Virus record (IMG/VR): IMGVR_UViG_2703718869_000013
Span: 33,127 to 97,126 of that record
From: a virus
Taxonomy: Duplodnaviria > Heunggongvirae > Uroviricota > Caudoviricetes
Reading direction: 5' to 3' (one strand)
DNA: 64,000 bases
Made by a program: the position numbers and the translations under genes. Below, piece after piece: positions 42,637 through 51,048 of the stretch (position 1 is its first letter; each line of letters opens with the position of its first letter). The notes below the pieces were generated by a model that was given only the letters and a program-made list of their open reading frames with translations, made no database searches and was not told the origin of the DNA.

Positions 42637-42674
42637 GTTTAATATTACAATATTATCTGGGAGATAAATGCATA

Positions 42675-43409
42675 TTATTTTCCAGATAATAACTGATGTT
42701 TTGCATATTCACGTGGCGTGCAATTATAATATTGCCTGAACAGGCACACAAAGTACGATGTACTACTAAAGCCACAGCTTTCTGATACTTGTTTGACTGA
42801 ATGATTTTGCTTTAGTAATTTAATAGCGAAAGCCATCCGTGTATCAAGTAATAACTTACTGAAGGAGGTGTTTTCCAATAATAGTTTTTTCTTTATTAAG
42901 CTTTCACTCATGTAGAGATAATCGGTTAGGTCTCTTAGTTTCCAGTGTTTAGATACATCTGAAAGAAATATGCTGCGCACTTTCCCTGAGAAAGTGGGCA
43001 TACCAGACGTAAGAAATGCTCTAAAGTTATCAACATCATTAAAAATTGAGAGTAATGAAAAAGTTACTGCCTCCCTAAAATCAGAATGGATATGATTTTG
43101 GTCGCTTATATTATCGATCATCCTGATTAATAAATCAGGATAGGCAAAAGACTTTTTTAGCAAATGTGGACACTTATCCAGCGATTGGTTTCCAAGGTTG
43201 TTGCTGCATAATAAATAGTTTCTTACGGTATTATCATTGAGTTCGAATTCTATATATTTGTCTGAATACATTTTTAAGCATTCATGCTCAGAATGCTTAA
43301 GCAACAACACATCACCGTAATTTAATATCAAGAAATCCTTAAGAAATTGAAAGCTTATAGGTTTCTTTATGAGTATGAAGTAACAAACTGCTGACATGGC
43401 CACCACCAT
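42675..43409 (-). CDS. AraC-family transcriptional regulator (AppY/EnvY-like)
   Basis: C-terminal helix-turn-helix region LIKKKLLLENTSFSKLLLDTRMAFAIKLL...GFSSTSYFVCLFRQYY closely resembles E. coli AppY as I recall it; AT-rich gene. Confidence 0.8.
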   Translation of the reverse strand: MVVAMSAVCYFILIKKPISFQFLKDFLILNYGDVLLLKHSEHECLKMYSDKYIEFELNDNTVRNYLLCSNNLGNQSLDKCPHLLKKSFAYPDLLIRMIDNISDQNHIHSDFREAVTFSLLSIFNDVDNFRAFLTSGMPTFSGKVRSIFLSDVSKHWKLRDLTDYLYMSESLIKKKLLLENTSFSKLLLDTRMAFAIKLLKQNHSVKQVSESCGFSSTSYFVCLFRQYYNCTPREYAKHQLLSGK

Positions 43410-43535
43410 TCTAAAGAGGCTTTGAATAAGAATAGAGATAGCCAGGCTCAGAAATCAAGAAGTTGTGTAAAAATAAAATTATTGATTTATGTCACATTTT
43501 TTGATTGTTTTAATTGATGTTTTTCAATATTATCA

Positions 43536-43559
43536 CAAACAAACAAACAAACAAACAAA
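43536..43559. repeat. tetranucleotide microsatellite (CAAA)6 in a divergent promoter region
   Basis: Six perfect tandem CAAA units between the divergently transcribed AraC-like and EAL genes. Confidence 0.95.
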
Positions 43560-43661
43560 TAAATTGACATTTAATCTACAAAAGTAGAGTGTAACTCTTG
43601 TAAATATAGGGGGCTCGTTATCTGAGCAAAATCAAGCAATTTAAAACTTGAGGGTGGGGAT

Positions 43662-44351
43662 ATGGAAGTTATCTACATTGCAGAACCAATCATTTCTACG
43701 AGCACGAACAAGTTGATTGCAGTAGAAGTGTTAAGCAGATTTCGCTCCAAAGATGGTGTCGCTCTTCCTACTCAAAGAGTATTGGGTATGTTTACCAATA
43801 AGATGAAGATTAATTTACTTAAATCACAACTTAACACAATAATGAAATACAAGTGTTTTTTTGAACGCCATAATATACTATGTTCTATTAATGTAGATTA
43901 TGATACATGTATATATATATACAGTAATAAACAAACTCAAGAGTTAATTAAAAACAATAAATTTATAGCTCTTGAGATATCAGAAAACTACCCTGATTTA
44001 AGCGATGAGGATTACGTTATACCCTTTCTCCTGACTTTGACAGACTATGTTTGGCTTGATGATTTTGGAAGTGGCAACACCACCATGAAAACATTAATTA
44101 AAAATAAATACCATGCAATAAAACTTGATAAGGCCTTTTTCCAAGAATATGGGACTAATCCTCATTTTGATGTCATTATTAGTAATTTAAAAAAATTATG
44201 CCCGAATATCATCGCTGAAGGTGTTGAAAACATTGAGTGTCATAAGCTATCAAAAGGGATAGGGCTATGGGGTGCCCAGGGATATTTTTTTCCATCAATT
44301 CCTCTGGTGGAGATTGAGTCCATAGATAGTAAGTGGCTATCAGATTTATGA
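43662..44351 (+). CDS. stand-alone EAL-domain c-di-GMP phosphodiesterase (PdeH/YhjH-like)
   Basis: 229 aa with conserved EAL catalytic motifs: EVL, EISE, DDFGSGNTT, KLDK, EGVE, QGY; architecture and length like E. coli PdeH. Confidence 0.8.
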   Translation: MEVIYIAEPIISTSTNKLIAVEVLSRFRSKDGVALPTQRVLGMFTNKMKINLLKSQLNTIMKYKCFFERHNILCSINVDYDTCIYIYSNKQTQELIKNNKFIALEISENYPDLSDEDYVIPFLLTLTDYVWLDDFGSGNTTMKTLIKNKYHAIKLDKAFFQEYGTNPHFDVIISNLKKLCPNIIAEGVENIECHKLSKGIGLWGAQGYFFPSIPLVEIESIDSKWLSDL

Positions 44352-44404
44352 GATGCAGAGAGTTAGGATATTGATATGAACGTCTAAGCACCTCATTACC
44401 ATGC

Positions 44405-45049
44405 TTAAAAGATGTTATCCTTACCTGTTAATTTACCTTGAGGAACTTTAGCGAGCTCCATCCGATAAAATGCTCTTATCATATTTACAAATGGTTCATA
44501 TGGTGAATATCTGTTGTCTTGTTCAGTAATGGTGTTTGTCATTGTCCTGATGAAGTCTGCGCTTGCCACGTTGTTGTATTCCGTTGCGAAGCAGCATAAC
44601 AACGTCAGAACGTGCTCTGTCGTTATTTCGCTCCAGTTGATGTTGAAAAACTCATCGCCTTTTTTATCGTGTTCGGAATCGAAGATGCTTTGGTGGAGGA
44701 TGTATTTGCCGGATTCCTTGCGCGGTAACTTGATTGCTTTCTGGCGTTCCAGCTCCTTATAAATCTGCATTGCCTCAATTAGTACCGGCCTGCCGTTCAT
44801 GAAGGGATCGCGCAACCTTACACGCTGGCCAACTCGACCAGTAATAAAGCTGTTTTCCTCTTCCACCAGCACGATAAAACCCTTCTCCTCTTTTTCTCGC
44901 AATTCGCGCAGCAGCTGGAGTTCCATATCGCGGCGGCGTTCAGGGTAGCTGGTCCGCTCAGCCATTATCAGCTCGTTATTGATCCATGCAGCAGTCATTG
45001 ACGCCGGTTTGCCGACGCTCATCGAAACAACGCATATTTTCTTATCCAT
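44405..45049 (-). CDS. hypothetical protein
   Basis: 214 aa from ATG at 45049 preceded by GGGGGAG; the listed ORF extends to 45196; no family recognised. Confidence 0.45.
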   Translation of the reverse strand: MDKKICVVSMSVGKPASMTAAWINNELIMAERTSYPERRRDMELQLLRELREKEEKGFIVLVEEENSFITGRVGQRVRLRDPFMNGRPVLIEAMQIYKELERQKAIKLPRKESGKYILHQSIFDSEHDKKGDEFFNINWSEITTEHVLTLLCCFATEYNNVASADFIRTMTNTITEQDNRYSPYEPFVNMIRAFYRMELAKVPQGKLTGKDNIF

Positions 45050-45309
45050 AGCTCCCCCTACAAAAAAGAAAAGCCACCAGCGGCGGCTTAGCAATACAAC
45101 TGAAGGTAGCGCCCGGTACTCAGACTGTGCCGTCCATGGAATATTTGAAAAGGGATCCATCCGTACCGGGCGTGTGATGATTTTGACTGAAGTCACTTGT
45201 CAGTTGTCAATTATTTATTATTAAAAATAATATATTTATTAGTGCATACAAATAATACACTAAGTGTGCACATTGCAACCTCAGAGAGGAAACATTCAAC
45301 CAGATTGTT

Positions 45310-45326
45310 ATTGCTCTAATAAATTT
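45310..45326. promoter_or_regulatory. C1-operator-like site upstream of module C
   Basis: ATTGCTCTAATAAATTT, perfect match to the consensus, followed by a degenerate inverted copy. Confidence 0.7.
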
Positions 45327-45496
45327 GATTTATTGGGGCAAATAAACTACTATTGGACGCCAGACTATTGATCTTCCTGTTGTTCAGGCTTATAGTTCCT
45401 ACGCCGTAGCAAATTCTGCGACCGGGTTTAGCAGCCTGAATGTACATGCGGACAACCGCAGATTTCCGATATTGCGGTATTTTTATGTCCGTAAAA

Positions 45497-45577
45497 CCGC
45501 GTTACGCCCGAATTATGGTGGGGCGTGATGGGGAGGCTTCGGCCTGCTGGTTTCATGTACGCCAGTCTGCTAACCCC
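45497..45577 (+). ncRNA. c4: c4-like antisense RNA (module C), approximate ends
   Basis: Same core as module B; a' CATGTAC (45554-45560) with targets GTACATG at 45442-45448 and 45626-45632; b elements TAGCAG / CTGCTA instead of TGACAG / CTGTCA. Confidence 0.6.
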
Positions 45578-45643
45578 GTCACGTCCTGCCACCCGTTTAG
45601 CAGCGGGTAGCAGGTTGTTAAACCTGTACATGAGGCCGTAACT

Positions 45644-45865
45644 ATGGTTAATGCCAATCCTTGCGCACGCCCTGAATTTATCTGGCGCTTTTACTCCTGC
45701 CAGAAACGCCACTATCACTTCGTTATTGCACCGACAGAAGATGAGGCACGTTCTCAGCTTCCGGATGCTCCCTGCATTTTCTCCGCACGCTTTTCTACTG
45801 ACTCGCGCAATTCTCTCAGTTACTGGTGCCTCCCTGTTAACGCTTCTGTTCAGGAGGGGCTATGA
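45644..45865 (+). CDS. icd: Icd-like small protein (module C)
   Basis: 73 aa paralog; stop overlaps the ant start. Confidence 0.6.
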   Translation: MVNANPCARPEFIWRFYSCQKRHYHFVIAPTEDEARSQLPDAPCIFSARFSTDSRNSLSYWCLPVNASVQEGL

Positions 45866-46974
45866 GAACGTCATTAGTCACCCGTGAAGAGATGATCGAG
45901 GCAATTGAACAGCACACAATCTGTATCAGCACCAGGGATATACCAGGCGTTATTGCCAACTACTTCATGATCACCAAACAACTTTACCGGAGAAAGGACA
46001 AGAACGCGGTTCACCGTATCCTGTTGTCTGATATCCGCGAATACCTGCTCGAACAGGGTCATCTGAATTACGCAACCGTCGCAGCCGAAGCACGCAAGGA
46101 GGCACACAGAATGAAAGCAACTAACGTTAAATCAGAAAAAATTTATGCACCTTCAGTTCAGGAATCGGAACTGGTGGTTGTTCAGAATCAGCCGGATGAA
46201 ATTCCCGTTCTGGAATGGCAGGGAGTACGTGTCGTAACAACCGAAACTCTTGCTAGAGGGTATGGGGTCGATGAAGCCAATATTCGCAACAATTTGTCTC
46301 GCAACCTTGACCGCTTTGAAGAAGGTAAGCATTACTTTCTTCTAACTGGTTTAAAATTAAGAGAATTTAAGAACAGAGTAACCGGAAGTTACTCTGTTGG
46401 TAAGAACGCCAGAAGCCTTACACTCTGGACAGAGCGCGGCGCTGCACGCATGTCTAAGATCGTGGACACAAATGAAGCATGGGCATTCTTTGAAAAACTG
46501 GAAGACAGCTACTTCCGGCAAAAAGAACAGCAACCGGTCGCAATCCCTCAGACGCTTCCCGAAGCTCTGCGCCTGGCTGCCGAGCTGGCTGAACAAAAGC
46601 AACTTCTGGAACAGAAAGCCCACCAGCTAAATCAGCAGCTGGTGGCCGCCGCCCCTAAAGTCGATTTTGCCGACCGGGTATCAGGGGCCAAGGGGATCCT
46701 GATTGGAAATTTTGCAAAGGTTGTTGGGCTTAAGCAAAACGCGTTGTTTGCCTGGTTACGGGGGAACGGCATCCTGATAGCGTCCGGTGGACGTAAAAAT
46801 GTGCCGTTCCAGCAATACATCAACGCCGGGTATTTCACGGTGAAAGAAGTGGTGCTGGATGATGAAGATGGTTACCAGATACGGCTGACGCCCCAATTAA
46901 CGGGTAAAGGCCAGCAGTGGTTGACGCGTAAACTGCTCGAAGCTGGCTTGTTAAAACCGGTGGCGGCTGAATGA
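45862..46974 (+). CDS. ant: antirepressor Ant, type 2 (module C)
   Basis: 370 aa; different central domain from modules A/B (AntA/ORF6N-like, PVLEWQGVRVVTTETLARGYG) plus the shared ANT C-terminus. Confidence 0.75.
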   Translation: MRTSLVTREEMIEAIEQHTICISTRDIPGVIANYFMITKQLYRRKDKNAVHRILLSDIREYLLEQGHLNYATVAAEARKEAHRMKATNVKSEKIYAPSVQESELVVVQNQPDEIPVLEWQGVRVVTTETLARGYGVDEANIRNNLSRNLDRFEEGKHYFLLTGLKLREFKNRVTGSYSVGKNARSLTLWTERGAARMSKIVDTNEAWAFFEKLEDSYFRQKEQQPVAIPQTLPEALRLAAELAEQKQLLEQKAHQLNQQLVAAAPKVDFADRVSGAKGILIGNFAKVVGLKQNALFAWLRGNGILIASGGRKNVPFQQYINAGYFTVKEVVLDDEDGYQIRLTPQLTGKGQQWLTRKLLEAGLLKPVAAE

Positions 46975-47213
46975 TTAAAAAAGGCGGCCTTTCGGCCGCC
47001 AATGATGTCACGGAGTCTATAATGGCAATGTCTTCGTAGTTGACTAAAGCCACAACTCAATTATAACAATTAATTATAGCAATAGTGGCTATTTTATTTA
47101 TCGCGAATCACATTTTTTCTCTTCAGTACATGTGTGCTATACTCCTTCTTGATTGATTGGATGCGGAATACAAACCCGCTCTTTTGTGCAGCCTGGCTCC
47201 TTGCCAGGCTTTT

Positions 47214-47525
47214 TTATTTCATCATGGAAGCTGTTAACGCTTTGGACCTTGCTGAACTGATTGAGAGGGCTTTGTCAACGTGCCCCAAAAATTCGCCAAA
47301 CTCAGACATCACTTTAGCAAAACCGCGCCGTGCTTCTTCCTCGGTGGCGTTCATCACGAAATGTTCAGCACCACGCATACTTTTGACAGGGAACGCAACG
47401 GATATTGAGTCAATATCAGGCATTCTATCGCTCAGCTTTACAGTGACAATGACGGCTGGCGACTGAATATTAGTGCTTACAGACAGCACTACATATTTTC
47501 CGTCGATGTTGAAATCCTTTCTCAT
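47214..47525 (-). CDS. hypothetical protein downstream of cre
   Basis: 103 aa with good coding character; the overlapping + strand ORF 47134-47466 is judged spurious. Confidence 0.45.
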   Translation of the reverse strand: MRKDFNIDGKYVVLSVSTNIQSPAVIVTVKLSDRMPDIDSISVAFPVKSMRGAEHFVMNATEEEARRGFAKVMSEFGEFLGHVDKALSISSARSKALTASMMK

Positions 47526-47575
47526 ATGTCACCATAAATATCAAAGAATTAGAGCAATCATTTACGCGTTGATGG

Positions 47576-48607
47576 CTAATCGCCATCTTCCAGCAGGCGC
47601 ACCATTGCCCCTGTTTCACTATCCAGGTTACGAATGTAGTTCATGACAATATTTACGTTGGTCCAGCCACCAGCTTGCATGATCTCCGGTATTGAAACTC
47701 CGGCGCGGGCCATATCTCGCGCGGCACCGACACGGGCACTATGTCCAGACCAGGCCAGGTATCGCTGACCAGAGTCATCTTTTGCCCCGTAAATCAATCG
47801 GTGAGTTGCTTCAAAAATCCCTTCCAGGGCGCGAGTTGATAGCTGGCTGGTGGATGATGGCGCGGCAACACCATTTTTTCTGACGCGGCAAAACAGGTAG
47901 TTATTCGGATCATCAGCTACACCAGAGACAGAAATCCATCGCTCAACCAGTTTAGTTACCCCCAGGCTAAGTGCCTTCTCTACACCAGCGGTGCTAACCA
48001 GCGTTTTCGTTCTGCCAATATGGATTAACATTCTCCCACCGTCAGTACGTGAGATATCTTTAACCCTGATCCTAGAAATTTCGGCTATACGTAACAGGGT
48101 GTTATAAGCAATCCCCAGAAATGCCAGATTACGTATATCCTGGCAGCGATCGCTATTTTCCATGAGTGAACGAACCTGGTCGAAATCAGTGCGTTCGAAC
48201 GCCAGCGCCTGTTTTGCACGCTCACCGGCATCAACGTTTTCTTTTCGGATCCGTCGCATGACCAGTGAAACAGCATTGCTGTCACTTGGTCGTGGCAGCC
48301 CGGACCGACGATGAAGCATGTTTAGCTGGCCCAAATGTTGCTGGATAGTTTTTACTGCCAGACCACGCGCCTGAAGATATAGAAGGTAATCGCGAACATC
48401 TTCAGGTTCTGCGGGAAACCATTTCCGGTTATTCAACATGCACCATGCCGCCCACGACCGGCAAACGGACAGAAGCATTTTCCAGGTATGATCAGAAAAC
48501 GCCTGGCGATCCCTGAACATGTCCATCAGGTTCTTGCGAACCTCATCACTCGTTGCATCGACCGGCAATGCAGGCAAATTTTGGTGAACGGTTAACGAAT
48601 TAGTCAT
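47576..48607 (-). CDS. cre: Cre site-specific tyrosine recombinase
   Basis: 343 aa; matches P1 Cre along its whole length with a few substitutions as far as I can recall (for example N-terminus MTNSL versus MSNLL); loxP lies 820 bp upstream. Confidence 0.97.
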   Translation of the reverse strand: MTNSLTVHQNLPALPVDATSDEVRKNLMDMFRDRQAFSDHTWKMLLSVCRSWAAWCMLNNRKWFPAEPEDVRDYLLYLQARGLAVKTIQQHLGQLNMLHRRSGLPRPSDSNAVSLVMRRIRKENVDAGERAKQALAFERTDFDQVRSLMENSDRCQDIRNLAFLGIAYNTLLRIAEISRIRVKDISRTDGGRMLIHIGRTKTLVSTAGVEKALSLGVTKLVERWISVSGVADDPNNYLFCRVRKNGVAAPSSTSQLSTRALEGIFEATHRLIYGAKDDSGQRYLAWSGHSARVGAARDMARAGVSIPEIMQAGGWTNVNIVMNYIRNLDSETGAMVRLLEDGD

Positions 48608-48999
48608 TTATTATGCGTGATTTTAACAGTTAAGCCTTGTTCATGAAGTATCTCATCAATAATTCGAATCACATCCCCTGGTAGATCATCGTTCTCGAAA
48701 TATCTGTGATCGGGGATTTCTACAGTGATTGGGGTTGCTGCTTTATGCAAAATCCGAACAATCTTTTTTTCTTTTTTGCATGTTGCATATTCAGCCTCTT
48801 CGATATCTATCCAGCTCGCACCATCAAATTGCTGGTAAACCCGAGTGTATAGTAAGCGGTTTCGCTTTACTTCTTCTGCTAACTCCCAAATTGCAACAGC
48901 CATAGCACGTTCATTTTCATTCGTTCCAGGGTTAGCAGCTTTTTGTTTTGCGTCGTTCAGTAAGGCGTTTACCTTGGCATCTGTCAGGCCATTAAACAT
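48604..48999 (-). CDS. cra: cre-associated upstream protein (Cra-like)
   Basis: 131 aa; stop overlaps the cre start; positioned between loxP and cre. Confidence 0.45.
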   Translation of the reverse strand: MFNGLTDAKVNALLNDAKQKAANPGTNENERAMAVAIWELAEEVKRNRLLYTRVYQQFDGASWIDIEEAEYATCKKEKKIVRILHKAATPITVEIPDHRYFENDDLPGDVIRIIDEILHEQGLTVKITHNK

Positions 49000-49018
49000 T
49001 CATCACCTCATGATCAAG

Positions 49019-49240
49019 TTAAATTATTGTTTTCAGCAGAGTGTACAGGATTGGCTCTGCCTTTACCTGGTTATGGTTCTCGTCATAGAAACGCCAGCGA
49101 CCGCGCGTGCGTTCTATTTTCTCTTCACCGCGAGATAATGACTGTTGGTAACTATCACGCTCAAACCATTTTGCCCGCCAGTAACCACGGTTTTTCTCAA
49201 GCTCAAGATGAGTGGACACTTTAGCAGCTGAATATCCCAT
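49019..49240 (-). CDS. hypothetical small protein between loxP and cra
   Basis: 73 aa ORF; may instead be regulatory leader of the cre operon. Confidence 0.25.
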   Translation of the reverse strand: MGYSAAKVSTHLELEKNRGYWRAKWFERDSYQQSLSRGEEKIERTRGRWRFYDENHNQVKAEPILYTLLKTII

Positions 49241-49337
49241 TTTTCACCTCTGATTGATTGGTGGTGCTAAGTGCGCTACGCGAAATCTGGAGCACTAACA
49301 CTGCCAACATTTCGCAGATTTTACGTAGCGCAACCTT

Positions 49338-49357
49338 GATCAAATGATCAAGTGATC
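49338..49357. promoter_or_regulatory. cluster of three Dam GATC sites in the cre upstream region
   Basis: ttgatcaaatgatcaagtgatcac: GATC at 49338, 49346 and 49354. Confidence 0.6.
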
Positions 49358-49429
49358 ACTATTTGACCTGATAAGGTATTGAACTGTATGGATTTACAGG
49401 TAAATTAATCATGTTCAATAACCCTTAAG

Positions 49430-49463
49430 ATAACTTCGTATAATGTATGCTATACGAAGTTAT
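49430..49463. other. loxP: loxP recombination site
   Basis: Exact 34-bp site ATAACTTCGTATA-ATGTATGC-TATACGAAGTTAT (13-bp inverted repeats, 8-bp spacer). Confidence 0.98.
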
Positions 49464-49506
49464 TAGGTCCGAAGAGGAGTTTACGTCCAGCTACGCATAA
49501 AAATCA

Positions 49507-49523
49507 AGAATTATTAGAGCAAT
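49507..49523. promoter_or_regulatory. C1-operator-like site (Op99-type) upstream of coi/c1
   Basis: agaattattagagcaat, 15 of 17 match to the operator consensus. Confidence 0.5.
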
Positions 49524-49583
49524 AAATTTTGAGAGAAAAATCCCACTCCACCAGCCAAAAACTGGATTGTTTTTCATAGTTGT

Positions 49584-49610
49584 TTGACAATTGCTCTAAT
49601 AAATTATAGT
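49584..49610 (+). promoter_or_regulatory. promoter TTGACA-N15-TATAGT overlapped by a C1-operator-like site (49590-49606)
   Basis: ttgaca 49584-49589, tatagt 49605-49610, with ATTGCTCTAATAAATTa embedded; classic repressor-over-promoter arrangement directing transcription toward coi and c1. Confidence 0.6.
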
Positions 49611-49844
49611 TTTGCCGCCGTTACGTAATACGACTTTGGATTCACTATTTAATGTGTCTTCAGCGTTGTAGAGCGGCTCAGAAGGAAATGAGCAAACAGG
49701 GAAACCTTATACAACGGCATTACAGCTATGCATTGCTCATCTTACACACAGCGCAATGTTGTTAGATTACCCCAGCATGGATCATGGGTGAAACAGTAGG
49801 TCAGAGCTTCAGGCTCTGTGTTGTCAATACAGTGAGGCATAATT

Positions 49845-50054
49845 ATGGCTTTCATTCAACCAACCATCGACGACGTTAGACATTGCTCTAACGCTTTATC
49901 TGTAGACCCTGCCGAAACCGACGCTGCCCGCGCCATTGCTGAACACTACTCAAAGATATCCAATCAGGAGTACCGCATCACCCAAGACGACCTGGATGAT
50001 CTCACTGACACAATCGAATATCTCATGGCCACTAACCAGCCAGACTCACAATAA
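49845..50054 (+). CDS. coi: Coi-like C1 inactivator
   Basis: 69 aa acidic protein immediately upstream of the c1-like gene, as in the P1 immC region. Confidence 0.55.
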   Translation: MAFIQPTIDDVRHCSNALSVDPAETDAARAIAEHYSKISNQEYRITQDDLDDLTDTIEYLMATNQPDSQ

Positions 50055-50164
50055 ATGCACTAATAAATCTATTATTTTCGTTGGATCCTTCTATAATGGT
50101 GGCCAACAACTCCCAGTGTAATCCGCTGTGAGTTGTTGGCCATGTCAATTCTGGAGGAGGATCA

Positions 50165-51016
50165 ATGATAAATTATGTCTACGGCGAACAACTGTACCAG
50201 GAGTTCGTCAGCTTCAGGGATCTCTTTCTAAAAAAAGCTGTTGCACGCGCCCAACACGTTGATGCCGCCAGCGACGGTCGTCCTGTACGCCCGGTTGTCG
50301 TTCTGCCGTTCAAAGAAACGGACAGCATTCAGGCTGAAATTGATAAATGGACTTTAATGGCGCGGGAACTGGAACAGTACCCAGACCTCAATATCCCAAA
50401 GACTATTTTATATCCAGTGCCTAACATCCTTCGCGGTGTGCGTAAGGTTACAACTTATCAGACAGAAGCTGTGAACAGCGTCAACATGACCGCTGGCCGC
50501 ATTATTCATCTGATTGATAAGGACATTCGCATCCAGAAAAGCGCGGGGATCAATGAGCACAGTGCGAAATACATAGAGAACCTGGAAGCAACAAAAGAGC
50601 TAATGAAGCAGTACCCGGAGGATGAAAAATTCCGTATGCGTGTACACGGCTTTAGCGAAACAATGCTGCGCGTCCATTACATTTCCAGTAGCCCTAACTA
50701 CAATGATGGTAAATCAGTTAGTTACCATGTGCCGCTGTGTGGTGTGTTTATCTGCGATGAAACTCTCCGTGATGGAATCATCATCAACGGTGAATTCGAG
50801 AAAGCAAAATTTAGCCTTTATGACTCTATAGAACCGATCATCTGCGACCGCTGGCCGCAGGCAAAAATATATCGCCTGGCAGATATTGAAAATGTAAAAA
50901 AACAAATTGCCATCACTCGCGAAGAGAAAAAGGTTAAGTCAGCCGCATCAGTTGCGCGCAGCCGTAAAACCAAGAAGGGGCAGCCAGTAAACGACAACCC
51001 CGAAAGCGCGCAATAA
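50165..51016 (+). CDS. c1: C1-like primary repressor of lysogeny
   Basis: 283 aa, P1 C1 size; strong RBS GGAGGAGG; many matches to the C1 operator consensus across the window. Confidence 0.75.
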   Translation: MINYVYGEQLYQEFVSFRDLFLKKAVARAQHVDAASDGRPVRPVVVLPFKETDSIQAEIDKWTLMARELEQYPDLNIPKTILYPVPNILRGVRKVTTYQTEAVNSVNMTAGRIIHLIDKDIRIQKSAGINEHSAKYIENLEATKELMKQYPEDEKFRMRVHGFSETMLRVHYISSSPNYNDGKSVSYHVPLCGVFICDETLRDGIIINGEFEKAKFSLYDSIEPIICDRWPQAKIYRLADIENVKKQIAITREEKKVKSAASVARSRKTKKGQPVNDNPESAQ

Positions 51017-51018
51017 AT

Positions 51019-51041
51019 TATGCCCGGCATCAACCGGGCAT
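51019..51041. terminator. bidirectional hairpin terminator between c1 and ant D
   Basis: atgcccgg catcaa ccgggcat between convergent genes. Confidence 0.5.
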
Positions 51042-51048
51042 TCTTCCA

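Noticed and set aside
47134-47466. 110-aa ORF on the plus strand
   Set aside because: Overlaps almost entirely the better-formed minus-strand 103-aa ORF that continues the cre operon; no RBS.
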